A stretch of DNA of 64,000 bases from Phyllobates terribilis (lineage: Eukaryota): contig NW_027363230.1 in assembly GCF_046119375.1 (NCBI RefSeq), forward strand, positions 310,001 to 374,000, in the 5' to 3' direction. Positions 46,061-59,085 of this stretch are shown here, piece after piece (positions within the stretch are counted from its first letter, which is position 1; every line of letters begins with the position of its first letter). Position numbers and translations under genes: made by a program. Under the pieces are notes generated by a model that did no database searches, had not been told where the DNA came from, and worked only from the letters and a program-made list of their open reading frames with translations.

Positions 46061-48861
46061 TATATATTAGTATAAAATAACCCCTATACATTTAAAACCC
46101 ATATCTAACATAGTGATACAATAATTCACATAGACGACTATATTGTCACTGTAGTCTTCTATCCCACACGTATAGGGTCATCCGCGAGGATAGACGTTCA
46201 ACTGCCTTGCTCGTACAGTTGAGCTGGTCCCCCAGCCACTGGAAACGCACATCCCGCCACGACCCATCAACCCAGGCAAAAGCTTTCCTAAGGATGAATA
46301 AAAACAATTAAAAACACCAATACATCTACAATAAAACCATAAGATATTAAAAGAAACCCCCATCTACCCATTAGCCTCTATTATAGGAAGGTACTGAACC
46401 CAAAGCTTTCATTAAGTCCTGCCGGTGCTAGGGTACCCCGTCGATAGATCCACTTACTCTCCAATTGTGCTAAAATCCTCCCCAGGTCCCCTCCTCTTGC
46501 TCCCATGGTGACTTGATCAATATCTATGATGCAGAATTCTCTTCGGCTGCATTGATGGTGATGTAAAAAATGGCGTGGTAAAGTTTTGAGTGCTAGGGTC
46601 TTCCACCGTTTTGGCTTTGATAATGTCCCTAACTTGCTCTCTTACTCAAATTTTTAATTCTTTAGTAGTAAGTCGACATATATCTTTTTACAAGGACATT
46701 GGGCATAATAAATTACGCCCTTCGAGGTACAATTTAAATGTGCCCTTATTTCAAATGTTTTGGAGCCACCAAAACTATCAAACTTCTTTGCCTTCTTCAA
46801 ATAACCACACGCCTTACAAAGCCCGCACGGAAAAAAAACATTAATCTCTTTCCTGTTATCCTGTTTATCTCTACATCTCTCCGGATCATAGTGACTGTGA
46901 ACCAACAGATCTTTTAAGTTTGGACTTTGCTTCTCCACCATTGAGGGTGCTGGGGGGAGGATTTGACGGAGGATCGGATCTGTTAATAGAACTTACTAGT
47001 GCTTCTGTAAAATTGATCTCACTTCAGGCCACTGATTGTTATATACCAAAATAAATCGTACCTCCTCTGATTTGTTGATGTTTTTTTTTATTGCCATAAA
47101 TTAATTGATCTCTTGGGGTTCGTGCTGCTATCCTGTAACCCCGTCTGATTGACCTACAGCTATATCCCCTCTTCAAACCGATTATCCAGTTCTATCGCTT
47201 GTTCCTCAAATGTTTTCTCATTAGAGAATATCCTTTTGGCCCTAAGGAACTGACCTATTGGAATTCCTCTTATAGTGGAGGGTGGGTGTGCCAATTCTAC
47301 GTGTAACAACGAGTTTGTCGCAGTTGATTTCCTAAATATGTCAGTAGTTATAATACCATTCTCAGATACCCCGATTTTTAAATCCAAGAAGTCCAGACTT
47401 CTTCCGAATTTATATGTTAGCCGAATATTCAAATTGTTATCATTCAGCTTGGTCATAAGCCTCTCCAAATCTCTGGCTGTAGCCTCCCACACAAACCATA
47501 TATCATCAATGTATCTGATCCTTCCCTGGACGATGTCCATCTCAACAGGTGGTATCCGCCTGGAATATATCCCGCTCCCACGAACCCAAAAAAGGTTGGC
47601 GTAGGAGGGGGCACAGGAGGCCCCCATATTGGAGCCCTGTTGTTGTAAGTAGATGTTCTTTTTGAAAATAAACACATGTCGAAGGACAAATTCCAGGAGG
47701 ACCACGAGCAGCTCGGCAGGGACAGCTTGAGACCACTTGACGTCAGATACCACGAAACCACCCTAATACCATCTTCATGTTTGATGGACGTATAAAGTGT
47801 CTCTACATCTGCAGTGACCATGACTATATGGTCACCGAGGCAGAGGTGATCCAATCTTTGCAGGGCGGCCATGGTATCTTGTAGGAGGGCAGGCCAGAGA
47901 CCAAGAGCTTCAAGTAGTGATCAATTACACTAGATATAATTTCACACAAACTGCTGTTACCGGCAACAATTGGCCTACCTGGTGGATCAATCGGATTTTT
48001 GTGATGTTTTGGAATTAAGTCAAAGGTGGCCAAACGGGGCTATAGTTTGCGCACCGTATCCAACAGTTCTTTTGGGATCACACCCTGTTTGAATGCCTCT
48101 TCGAGGATAGACACCAATTCATCCTGGAAAGAGGATAGGGGGTTATAAGAAAGTTTTTTTATAGCAATGGGGGGTATTCAGAAGTTTATATGCCTGCTTT
48201 TTGTAAAGGCTGACTGGCCAGACAACGAGGTTTCCCCATTTATCCGCAGGTTTAAAAATAACATCTTTCAATTTTAGTAAATATTTTAGCTCCATTTTTT
48301 CCATTTTACTTGGGTTAGATTTCCAAGGCGTGCATTGGGAAAGATTTTCAATGTCCAAAGTGACCAACTTAGTGAATACCTCAATGGCAGGACATAGGCT
48401 GAGGGCTGGAAATTTCTTAGATTTGTTACATAGATTATGGGGAAAGTCACTAACCTCTGAATTACTTTCTGCCTCCAGAGATTCCAGGGTTTCCAATGCT
48501 TCCCTTTCTTCTCTGGTAGGAAATAGGTCATGTAACGCTGTTTTGTAATGTAATTTTTTGTAAATGAGTTTCCTTGCAAATAGATGTGTAACTTTCACCT
48601 TCGTGAACGGGTCTAGGTGATAAACAGGAGAATAGGTAGGGCCCTTCTCTAAGAGTGTTAGTTGAGTTGTGGATAAGGTATGGGTAGATAAATTAATTAC
48701 CTTACATCTGTCACCACCTACCTTTTATATGCAGCTGGTATCTCTTCTTTGTCCAGACGTTTAATATATATTGATCTGGATATTTTGGTTGTTTAACGTA
48801 ACTTACAAGAACGGTATACAATCATGCATATGTGTTATCCTGGCACAACGTTGTGGACAAC

Positions 48862-48899
48862 GCCCCCCGAAGAGCCTCATGCGAAACGCGCGTCGGTGC
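48862..48899 (+). ncRNA. Minimal type-I hammerhead ribozyme-like motif
   Basis: GCCCC-CCGAAGA-GC(CTCAT)GC-GAAAC-GCGC-GTC-GGTGC; palindromic loop 3, core U4 replaced by C, one stem I mismatch. Confidence 0.6.
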
Positions 48900-51800
48900 C
48901 CCAGCGAGACACCAGTCCATACAGCACTATGGGTATGTTATGACTCATCTTTATGTCAATGTCAATTTCTCTTCCCAGGCAATGTCAGTATATTTCTGGA
49001 CATCATAAAAGGTTACACATGTCTTATGGGCACCTTTACTGTTATGATGCCAAGATAACACATATGCATGATTGTATACTGTGCTTGTAAGTTACGTTGT
49101 CCAATTACTTGGTAACTCGATTTATTGATACTTGGATTGATAATATTGTCACTTCTTTTCATGTTCCCATATATGTGGACTCACATGGTTGTCTCTGTCC
49201 TTTGTGTAGTTTTCACCTATGACCTACTATTTTATTGGTTGTGCTCTATTTAGAAGTGTCTGTGGGACCTCCTTTTTATATTTTTAATCCACAATAAAAC
49301 TGATTTTATTATCTGGAATCATTATGATGTTGACCTGACTCTTTTTTGGGCTCTGTCACGCCACTCTGTTTGTAGGTTGTGTATAATGTAGGAACAGATT
49401 ATGGGAGTTGGGAGAGAGGCCGGGTTTCATATCCAGTACCATAATATACAAAACAGCTCTTTTTTAGAGCAAAATAATATTCCTTAGTACCTGCATATAC
49501 TAAACAATTTTTTCAGCTAAATAATATTCCTGGCCTATTGCTAAAATAGCGTATATTTATCTAGCAGTTGTGCGACTGGCGCAAAGCCTGCTGAGCTATG
49601 CAAACTAAACTATTTACCAGTAATTTTCCTGAGTCTGCTGTTGGCGTGTGTCATAAAGGCGATAGAACAAAAATTACTCTACTATTGGTAAAGTAAATGG
49701 CGTATATTTATCCAACAGTTGTGTGACTGGCGCAAAGCCTGCTGAGATACGCAAACGTCGCTATTTACCAGTAATTTTCCTGAGTCTGCTGTTGCTGTCT
49801 AATAAAGCTAAAAAAAATTACCCACACATTACTACCTACAGGGAATTTATACATAACACATCTGTGAGAGTACTTGTAAAAAATAAAGCCAAGGAATTTT
49901 TTTTCATAAAGCATTCAATATCGGAAAGGGTGACGTTAAGGAATGGGGATGTCGATGTGGTGGTGCCCAAAGATCAGAAGTAGTGATGAGCGAGCGTGCT
50001 CGACACTGCTCGGTACTCGCCTGAGGATCTCACTGCTCGACATGCTTGGCAAGTATTTCTGGGATGCTTGGGCGGGAGCTCGGGTCCCTGCCCTGCATGT
50101 TTGGTGCTCTTAAGAGAGCCAGTCAACATGCAGGGATTGTCTGCCACTCACTGTAATGCCGTAGCCATCTTGGTTGTGGCATTACAGTGATTGCCAGGCC
50201 CCATATCGTCATCGGGTCTATATAAGACCTGGTGCCCCTATGCTCATCACAGTCTAACCCGGAAACAGGCAGAGTAGGGAGAGGTGCTGCTGTGTGAAGG
50301 ACAGAATTGGCAGTGTAATAGTTAGGTATAGGTATTCCACACCAAGATAGATATCCATCTGAACTAACAGTCCTTCTGAGGACTAATCCAGCTGCATATA
50401 TTCAGTGGTGATAGCAGGAGCTAGGCAGGCAGGTTTTTGTGGACACTGTATACTGCACAATAGGGTCCATTGCACGTTCTGTCTGCTCCTGCTGTTACAG
50501 ATATCTGTAGACATGGCCCCAGATAATTATTTTTTTTTTTATCTTAATCCTGATTAGTAGCTTAAAAAGCAATACAGTACACCATTTTGCTGCTCCATAT
50601 GCTTGTTAGCAGAATACAGGCATTTTTTTTTATTTTACTCACATTGCTGTATTGTAAAGCAGAGACAATTTTCCATCATCACACCTGATCCCATATTACT
50701 GCCGTAATAATAGACATTTTGTGGAGCATACCAATACTCAATTTAAAGTCAGCCAGCAGTGTGTTGTTGAACCTATTCACACTTGGTGGTTGAACAATAC
50801 TATACTAAAAGGTCCCAGTCTAAAACCGTGGTCGTCACACCTGATCCCATATTACTGCCATAATAATACAGACATTTTGTGAAGCATACCAAATATACTC
50901 GATTTAAAGTCAGCCTGTGTGTTGTTGAACTTATTCACACTTGGTCGCTGAACAATACTATACTAAAAGGCCACAGCCTAAAACCGTGGTCGTCACTAGT
51001 GTTGAGCGAATTTGTTCGGCGGATGTTCGAAAGTTTCAAATTCGGCACGAATATGGCACATTCGGATTCGTGATCACAAAGGCGAGCAAACTTTCTTAAA
51101 ATCTGAAAAGTTTAAGAATTTGCACGGGACTGCGAATACAGGGCAACTACGGCGTTTTGAAATGTTTTGTTCGCATAGTGCAAGTGTATGATGGGCCGTG
51201 ATATGTGCCAGGTGAGTGTGGGGGCTGTGGAGAGCTTAGAACAGGTCACTTTTTTTTTCTTTTTTCCGGTGGGCGGTAACTTTAACTGAAGAAAGCACAG
51301 CCAGCCAATCATAGTGCAGGAAGCATCTACACTGTCCAGACATAAGGGCTTCTGCGATTGGCTGCTGAAATCACATGTCCTCTCAATATAAAAAGTGGCC
51401 ATGTTCCCTCAGCGCCATTATATCCATGTCACTGCTGGAGACAGACGCAGCTCAGTGTTCTCCTGTGTAATGAGAGATATTAGCTAGATAGATGGGCGCT
51501 TGTATGGTAGTCAGATAGTGTAGATAATTCCTGGCCTGTGTACCTCTGCAACCGCTGGTGCAGCACATTTTGGTGTTCTTGTGCAAGTACTGAGATTCTG
51601 ACAGAAACAGAGGGCCAATGCCATACAATAGTGCTGTGCACCGGTGGTATAGAGCTCCATGTCTCAGTATACCTTGAATCTTTTTTTGCTCTTGCTAATG
51701 TGATCAAGTAAGCGCAGTGCACCTTTTCATTTAGTGGGGTTGACATTGTGCTCTGCTATTTTTCTGTTGCTATTGTGATATTGAAAGCTATGCGCACTAA

Positions 51801-53635
51801 AGTTTTTTTAGTGTCAGATACTATTTTAGTGGAGTTGAACTTCAGGTGGTTTCAGAGTAAAAAAATACATTTTTACTCATGCTACGCCCAGTCCAAAAAA
51901 TATTTTTTCCTGTGCCAAAAGTCATACAGTGCTATAAGCCAGCTACTACGTCAGTGGCGGTCAAATTCAGCTTGTACGCACAGTCAAACCTATATTTATT
52001 TTTGGTTGGCAGGCAGAGTCCACCAAAAGTTTTTTACTGTGGCAAAGTTGATCCAGTCTGTTAAAAGGCAGATCCTATTTTAGTGGAGTTGAACTTGTCC
52101 TGGTTTCACAGTAAAAAAAACAAAAACTTCTCTTACCTGGCCCAGTCCAAAAAATATTTTTTCCTGTGCCAAAAGTCATAGAGTGCTATAAACCAGCTAC
52201 TACGTCAGTGGTGGTCAAAGTCAGCTGGACGCAGAGCTTATGCAGAGTAACCGAAATATATTTTTTGCTCTGAGTAAAGTGATACAGCTGGCTAGATCTG
52301 AGTTTGAAATATTTTGGAGCATATATTCTATGTCATACTGGCCTCATCCACATTCAAAAAAAATAATTTCTTCTGTTCCTAAAGTAATACAGCAGGGGAC
52401 ATCTCAGTTTGAAATTGTTTGGAGAACATCTCGTAGGTTTTATCGGCCTCATGCACACTAACAAATTTCTTTTGTCTGTTAGTAATGTTATACGGCAGGC
52501 CATATCTTACCTTGTCATTTAGTGTCACTGAAATTCAGGTGTGTGCTGAGCTATTGCACAGGAAAAAAACGTATTTTTCTTTAGTTAATTGCGTGCTCCT
52601 ACCACTGTATCTGACCAACATGAGTGGGAAAAAGAGAGGGCATGGTGGAAGGGGGAATAGGCTTGGTGTTCAAGGTGTACGTGGGGTATGTGATAATGTT
52701 AGTGAAAGCACTAGTGAACCAACACAAACAGGTCCTATCCAAAGACAACTGACAACTTATGTTAGTGGATGGCCTACTGCACTCCCTTCCTTTGGCAGCC
52801 GCACAGCAATACGCCTTGTTGATAAGGCCTAGAAAAAGCAGGTGCCCCAGTGGATGGCAAGCTCTGCTTCCAGTGGCCTCTCCTCTTCTTCCTCCACCTC
52901 AACATCACACGCAGTACAGTCCTCAGAGGTGGCACCCCAATTACTCATGTTTCCCCCCGCGTCACAACTGGCCAACTGCCCAGCTGACTGTAGCGAACCA
53001 CAGATGGGTGAGTCTGTAGAACTCTTTACCCATTCTACACTATGGGCATCAGAAGTGTACTTCAAACAGTCACGGGGAGGAAAGCATCTGCCCCGATGCC
53101 CAAAATTTTTTTTAGCTTGGATTCGGGGCAGGACGAAGTAGGGTCCGAGCAGGTTCCTGACCCTCGTCACCAGACGTTAACCTCAGAGGAGAGAGGTGAT
53201 CCCGATTAGACTCAGATACCTGAGGCTCATGCGGACTGTACTGTGCTGTCAGAGCAACAAGAAGAGAGGGGTCACTCTGAGGGTGAAGAATAGGATAACA
53301 CATTGGATGATGACAAGGTTGAAGATCCTACTTGGTGCGAACCCAGAGTCACGCAGCCGAGTAGCTCATCGAGGAGGTGGAGGAGGAAAACGAGGAGGTT
53401 ACATTTTGCCCTATGGCGCAGACATGGAGTGTTGCAAGCACGAGGAGCACTACATCCTTAGCCATATCCGTGGCTGTGGCCAGCAGTGGTCACGGATCTG
53501 CAGCTTGCAGGGGCAGCAAGGGTTGCCTAGCATGGGCCTTTTTTGTCGCTGCAAAGGATGAGACAACTCACGTTATCTGCAAACTTTGCAATAAAAAACT
53601 CAGTAGAGGGATAAACTGCAGTAATTTGACTACTA

Positions 53636-54007
53636 CAACCCCTGGCAAAAATTATGGAATCACTGGGCTCGGAGGATGTTCATTCAGTTGTTTAATGTTG
53701 TTGAAAAAAAGCAGATCACAGACATGGCACAAAACTAAAGTAATTTCAAATGGCAACTTTATGGCTTTAAGAAACACTAAAAGAAATCAAGAAAAAAAAT
53801 GTGGTACTCAGTAAGGGTAATTTTTTTCGGGACCAAGCAGAGGGAAAAAATTATGGAATCACTCAATTCTGAGGAAAAAATTATGGAATCACCCTGTAAA
53901 TTTTAATTTCCAAAACTAACACCTGCATCAAATTAGATCTGCTCGTTAGTCTGCATCTAAAATGGAGTGATCACACCTTGGAGAGCTGTTGCACCAAGTG
54001 GACTGAC
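53636..54007 (+). mobile_element. Tc1-like left-end fragment (CAACCCCTGGCAAAAATTATGGAATCAC) in the BED region
   Basis: Follows a TA; AATTATGGAATCAC direct repeats at ~53648, 53849 and 53879; other end missing. Confidence 0.65.
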
Positions 54008-54148
54008 TACTGGCTACACCAGCATGTCGCAGACAACATCACCTGTTCTTTGTCTAAATCTATGTGTGCCAGGGTGCATTTCACCACAGACACCTGGACG
54101 GATAAGCATGGCCCAAGGGCATTACATCTCGCTGACTGGGTACTGGGT

Positions 54149-55340
54149 CAGGGCCGGCGTCAGCACCCGGCGTACCCGGGCAAGTGCCGCGGCCCTGGAA
54201 AATCAGAGGGGCCCAGCCGCCCACTCACTGTCGGGGCCCGGCCCACACACCCACCCGCCCACTCACTGTCGGGGCCGGGCCCTCACACCCACCCGCCCAC
54301 TCACTGTCGGGGCCCTGGCCGCATCCTCGGCACGTGTTCAGGGACGCAGGCGCTGCTTGATTGCCGGCACTCCCCCCAGACATGGCCGCGCGCTGTCTGG
54401 CTGTGTCTGCTAGTAATGACACGGCAGGATCAATGGCACTGCACCTTTAATTGTGCTTGTGTGTCGCCCCTGCCGCGTCATTACTAGCAGACACAGCCGC
54501 ACAGCGCGCGGCCATGTCTGGGGGGAGTGCCGGCAATCAAACACCGTCGGAGCGGAGGTCCTCCACAGATGGGGGGGAGCGGCCCAGACCCGACCGCAAG
54601 TGGACCCCTCTGATGTTCCAGGGCCATGAAGTCTGACACGCCGGGGGCCCTGCACTGCCCCATACCTGAGGAGCTGCTGGACAGGACACTGGACCGGGGA
54701 CAGGTGAGTGAGGCTTCCCCAATCCCCATATTAAAAATACTTGTAATGGGTCTGTGTGAGTGCATGTATGTGAATGTCAGTGTGTATGACTGTGTATATA
54801 TATTTGTTTGTTTTATATATGTCTTTAAGAATTTGTGTAAAAATATGTGTATGTCTGTATGTGTACATGTCTGCGTACCGTGTGTGCGTGCGTTTGTATG
54901 CGTACCGTGTGTACGTGCGTGTCTGGGTACCGTTTGTGCGTGCGCGTTTCTGGGTACCGTGTGTGCGTGCGTGTGTCTGCGTACCGTGTGTGCGTGCGTG
55001 TGTCTGCGTACCGTGTGTGCGTGCGTGTGTCTGCGTACCGTGTGTGCGTGCCTGTGTCTGCGTACCGTGTGTGCGTGCCTGTGTCTGCGTACCGTGTGTG
55101 CGTGCCTGTGTCTGCGTACCGTGTGTGCGTGCATGTGTCTGCGTACCGTGTGTGCGTACCATGTGTGCGTGCCCATGTCTGCATATGTGAAGGATGAGGT
55201 GGCAGGCTGGGCCCTGTGTACTATATATATATATATATATATTTCTCCGCCGTATCTGTGCATCATGAATCGTGTATGTGTTAAAAGGGCCCACTGAGAC
55301 TCTTTTGCCCGGGGCCCAGAAAAACCTGGAGCCGGCCCTG
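54149..55340. mobile_element. hAT-type MITE (TIR CAGGGCCGGC) with an internal 27-bp minisatellite
   Basis: 8-bp TSD TACTGGGT / CACTGGGT (54141-54148 / 55341-55348). Confidence 0.9.
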
Positions 55341-57362
55341 CACTGGGTGACTCTGGTGGCTGTGGGGTCAGGGGCTGCTCCACAAATCTTGGAATTCCCA
55401 AGGCTTGCAGAAGAAACCTCTGTATTTCCCACTTCCTCCTCTGCTTCTGCGTCCTCCACCTCCTCTAGGGCCTCCACCTGCGCACTCAACCTCTGCCTTA
55501 ATGAGACATGCGTTCCAAGGGTGCGGAGCGAATACACACCACCTCCGTACTGCGCAGTCAGGGCTCATCGTAATCAGGCAGTCTTCAAATTAATATGTCT
55601 TGGAGATTGCAGTCATACAGGTGAAGAGTTGTGGGCAGCTCTCCAGGCTCAGTTTGAGCAATATCAGTCTCCGATGAACCTAGAGCCAGGGAAGGTCGTG
55701 TGCGATAACGGTGCGAACCTGTTAGCGGCCCTAGGCCGAGGTAAGCTCGCACACGTGCCTTGCATGGCTCACATCCTCAATCTGGTGGTACAGCGATTTC
55801 TCCGCCACTATCCTGGCCTGGATGAGCTGCCTCACAAAGTACGGAAGCTATGTGCTCACTTACGCCGTTCGTACCCCTCATGTCATCGACTTGCATCAGT
55901 ACAGAGGTCTGTGTCAGTGCCAGTTAACAGGTTGATCTGCGATGTGCCGACGGGGTGGAATTCCACTCTGCACATGCTGTGCCAGCGGCAACGAGCTCTG
56001 ACGCAATATGTCATGACATATAGCGTGGGGCAACGCAGTACGGACTTTGGGCATATCACGTTTGTGGAGTGGGAACAGATTAAGGACCTCCGTACCCTTC
56101 TGCACGGTTTTGAAATGGCTACTAAACTGGTTAGCGCTGACGATGCCGTCATCAGCATGACTATTCCGGTCATATACATGCTGGAGCACACTTTGAATAA
56201 CCTGTGGCAGTAGATGGTGGCCCCAGAAGAAGAGTAGGATGCGGAAGGGATACCAATGTCTCAAATTTCCAGACTGTCATCACACAGGCGGATGCCAAGT
56301 GATGGTGGATTACAGTGATCGACAGGGTTTGGTGATACCAGGCAAACTGTTAGTGAAGGTACAAGAGCCGAGGAACTAATGGAGGAGGAAGAGGTGATGG
56401 GCAGCTGTCAGAGGATAAAGAGGATAATCATTCCCTCTCGTTTGAACTTTGTTGGCAGGAGGGGACGGAGGAAACAAGCATCAGTGTTAAGCAGGCCACA
56501 ATACAGCCTGGCATTGGACCTCCTGGAAGAGCCCAACATATGAGTGCCTTCTTGATACACTATCTGCAACATGATCCCCGTATAGCTAGGATTCAAAATA
56601 ATGCTGACTACGGGGTTGCCACTCTGATAGATCCACGTTATAAAAGTCAATTTTTCCAGATGCTTCCTGCCCTGGAAAGGGACCCGCTTATGTTGGAGTA
56701 TCGAAATAAGCTTTTAAGCAACCTTAGTAGAGGTTTTCCTCAAGATAACAGTGAGGCACACAGTGTGCATCACAGCTGTAGTCCGCTGTAGTCTTTCAAC
56801 CTCCCGCACGTCAGTTTGTCAATGCGAAAACATTAGCAGCAGCACCATAGTAAGTGGCAGAAGCTATTTCTGGGAGTCCTTTCACACATTTTTTGCACCA
56901 GTACAAGTCTGACATGTGGTGAATGACTGGAGAGGATGGTGGAGGAGTATCTAAAGCTTAATATGAATACAATCAGGGAGGATTTTGACCCTTTTACATT
57001 TTGGTCTTCAAAAATGGATGAATGGCCTCTCACGTTTTGGAGGTTTTATTATGCCCGGCAGCCAGTTCTCTCTGAACGTGTCTTCAGCGGTGCTGGTAGT
57101 GTATTAACGGATAAGCGACCCGGCTGTCCCCTGAAAGTGTAGACCGCCTAACTTTCATCAAGATGAACAAGTCATGGATCTCCAAGGACTTTTGCACCCC
57201 AATTGCAGACTGTACAGAGTAGGCGATGTTGTCGTTTTAAGTGTGCTGCATTGATCTCTTGAAACTGCAGTCTGTGATATAGCTTCTGTGCCTGCTCTTG
57301 TTGCTGCTGCAGGTTTTAGGCCCTAATTTTGGGAATGTGGAGAATTTTGATTGTGTCTCCAT

Positions 57363-57673
57363 TAGTGATGAGCGAGTATGTTCTGTTAACCCTTTCGCCG
57401 AGTATGCTCGGGCCGAGCTCCGAGTATTTACAGCTGCTCGGTGATATGCTTGAATCGCTCCCGTGTGCATGATTTGAGACCGTTTGACAGCTTTAATACA
57501 TGTGAGGAATGTGTAAGAAATAGACATTCCTCACATGTACTAAAGCTGTCAAACAGTTGCAAATCATGTACACGGGAGCGATTCAAACATATCACCGAGC
57601 AGCTGTAAATACTCGGAGCTCGGCCCGAGCATACTCGCCGAAAGGGTTAACAGAACATACTCGCTCATCACTA
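57363..57673. mobile_element. hAT-type MITE (TIR TAGTGATGAGCG), largely palindromic
   Basis: Perfect 8-bp TSD GTCTCCAT (57355-57362 / 57674-57681). Confidence 0.9.
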
Positions 57674-59085
57674 GTCTCCATCCATTTTGTTGGCTGTAGT
57701 GAGACAGGTTTGGGTCTGCGTTAAACTACTTGTTGTCTGATGACATTGATGCCACTTCGGTGGTGTTAGGCCCTCATTTAGGGCAATGTGAACACTCCTG
57801 GTTAGGTCTCCATCTCCTGGGTTGGCTGTACTGGAAGAGGTGTGGATCTTATTTACACTATTTCTACCGTAGTGAAATTGATTAGACATTGCTAGTGTCT
57901 GCCACTAATTTTTTGAAATGTGGAGAATCATGATTGGGTCTCCATCTATTGGGTTGGCTGTAGTGGAACTTGTTTGGGCCGCCTTTGCAATACTTATACT
58001 CTAGTGAAATTGATGTCACTTCGGTGGTGTTTGTTAGGCCCTCATTTAGGGCAATGTGAACACTCCTGGTTAAGTCTCCATCTCTTGGGTTGTCTATACT
58101 GGAAGAGATGTGGGTCTCATTTACACTATTTCTACTGTAGTGAAATTGATTACACTTTCCTGGCGTCTGCCGCTAATTTTTGGAAAGGTAGGGAAGCCTG
58201 CATGGGTCTCCATCCATGGGGTTGACTGTAGTGGAAGAGGTTTTGGTCTCCATGCATTTCTATAGTTATACTGTAGTGAAATTGAGCATTTGGTGCAGAT
58301 ATTGTTCTCCCCAAACGGGTACGCAAACATGATAAACTCTAAATTGATTTTCAATAAACAACCATCAGCCGCCACATCAAACACCTCTGTTGCTTCTTCC
58401 TCCTCCTCTGTTACCGTTCCAAGTTGTGTCACGCAGGTGTCCGACAGAACCAGCTGTATACCCGCTGAAGTTAGGCTGAGTGACAGCCCGTCAGCTGTAA
58501 GTGAAGCAGACATGCCTGCTGTGTCACTCTGAGCACACCACACGTTTCTCAATCCACCGTAACATCTCCACCTGCACCTCACTCACGGTTTATCGGTTTG
58601 TCCGTTTCACCGTACTCTGCCCTCTCTCAGCACTGCAGCCAGCCCTCAATCCCACTGTTGTGGTCACGTAAAAGATTGTATCATCCTACACGACAAAGCT
58701 AAGAGGTTGAACTCCACCATCTCCAATCTGTTGGCCACGGAAATGGTGGTCTTAGGCCCTATTTTTTTAAAATGTAAACACTTCCGATTGAGTCTGCATC
58801 TCCTGGGTTGGCTGTAGTGGGACAGGTATGGGTCTGCATTAAACTACTTGTAGTCTGATGACATTGATGCCACTTGGTGGTGTTAGGCCCTCATTTAGGG
58901 CAATGTGAACACTCCTGGTTAGATCTCCATCTCCTGGGTTGGCTGTACTGGAAGAGGTGTGGGTCTTATTTACACTCTTTCTTCTGTAGTGAAATTGATT
59001 AGACATTGCTAGTGTCTTCCACTATTTTTTTTAAATGTGGGGAATCCTGATTGGGTCTCCATCTATTGGGTTGGCTGTAGTGGAA

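Larger units (their letters stand above)
45062..49382 (-). mobile_element. Penelope-like element 2, decayed, with an inverted 3'-derived segment at its 5' end
   Basis: RT pieces 48143-48598, 47824-48033, 47453-47872 and 47160-47753 (MGASCAPSYANLF, RYIDD); GIY-YIG start at 46654-46941; 48720-49382 is an inverted copy of ~45070-45490. Confidence 0.85.
52620..57220 (+). pseudogene. hAT transposase pseudogene (BED finger, catalytic core, hATC dimerisation domain)
   Basis: WAFF..VICKLCNKKLSRG (53377-53814), VHFTTDTWT..YISLTG[HW] (53967-54148), VVCDNGAN..CMAHILNLVV..CDVPTGWNSTL (55272-56213), DPFTFW..SERVFSGAG (56936-57142); stops, frameshifts and two insertions. Confidence 0.9.

Noticed and set aside
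50690-52260. Local ~170-260-bp direct duplications
   Set aside because: Ordinary subterminal repeats of hAT elements
52620-57220. Domesticated ZBED gene
   Set aside because: Multiple stops and frameshifts, two TE insertions and retained transposon ends
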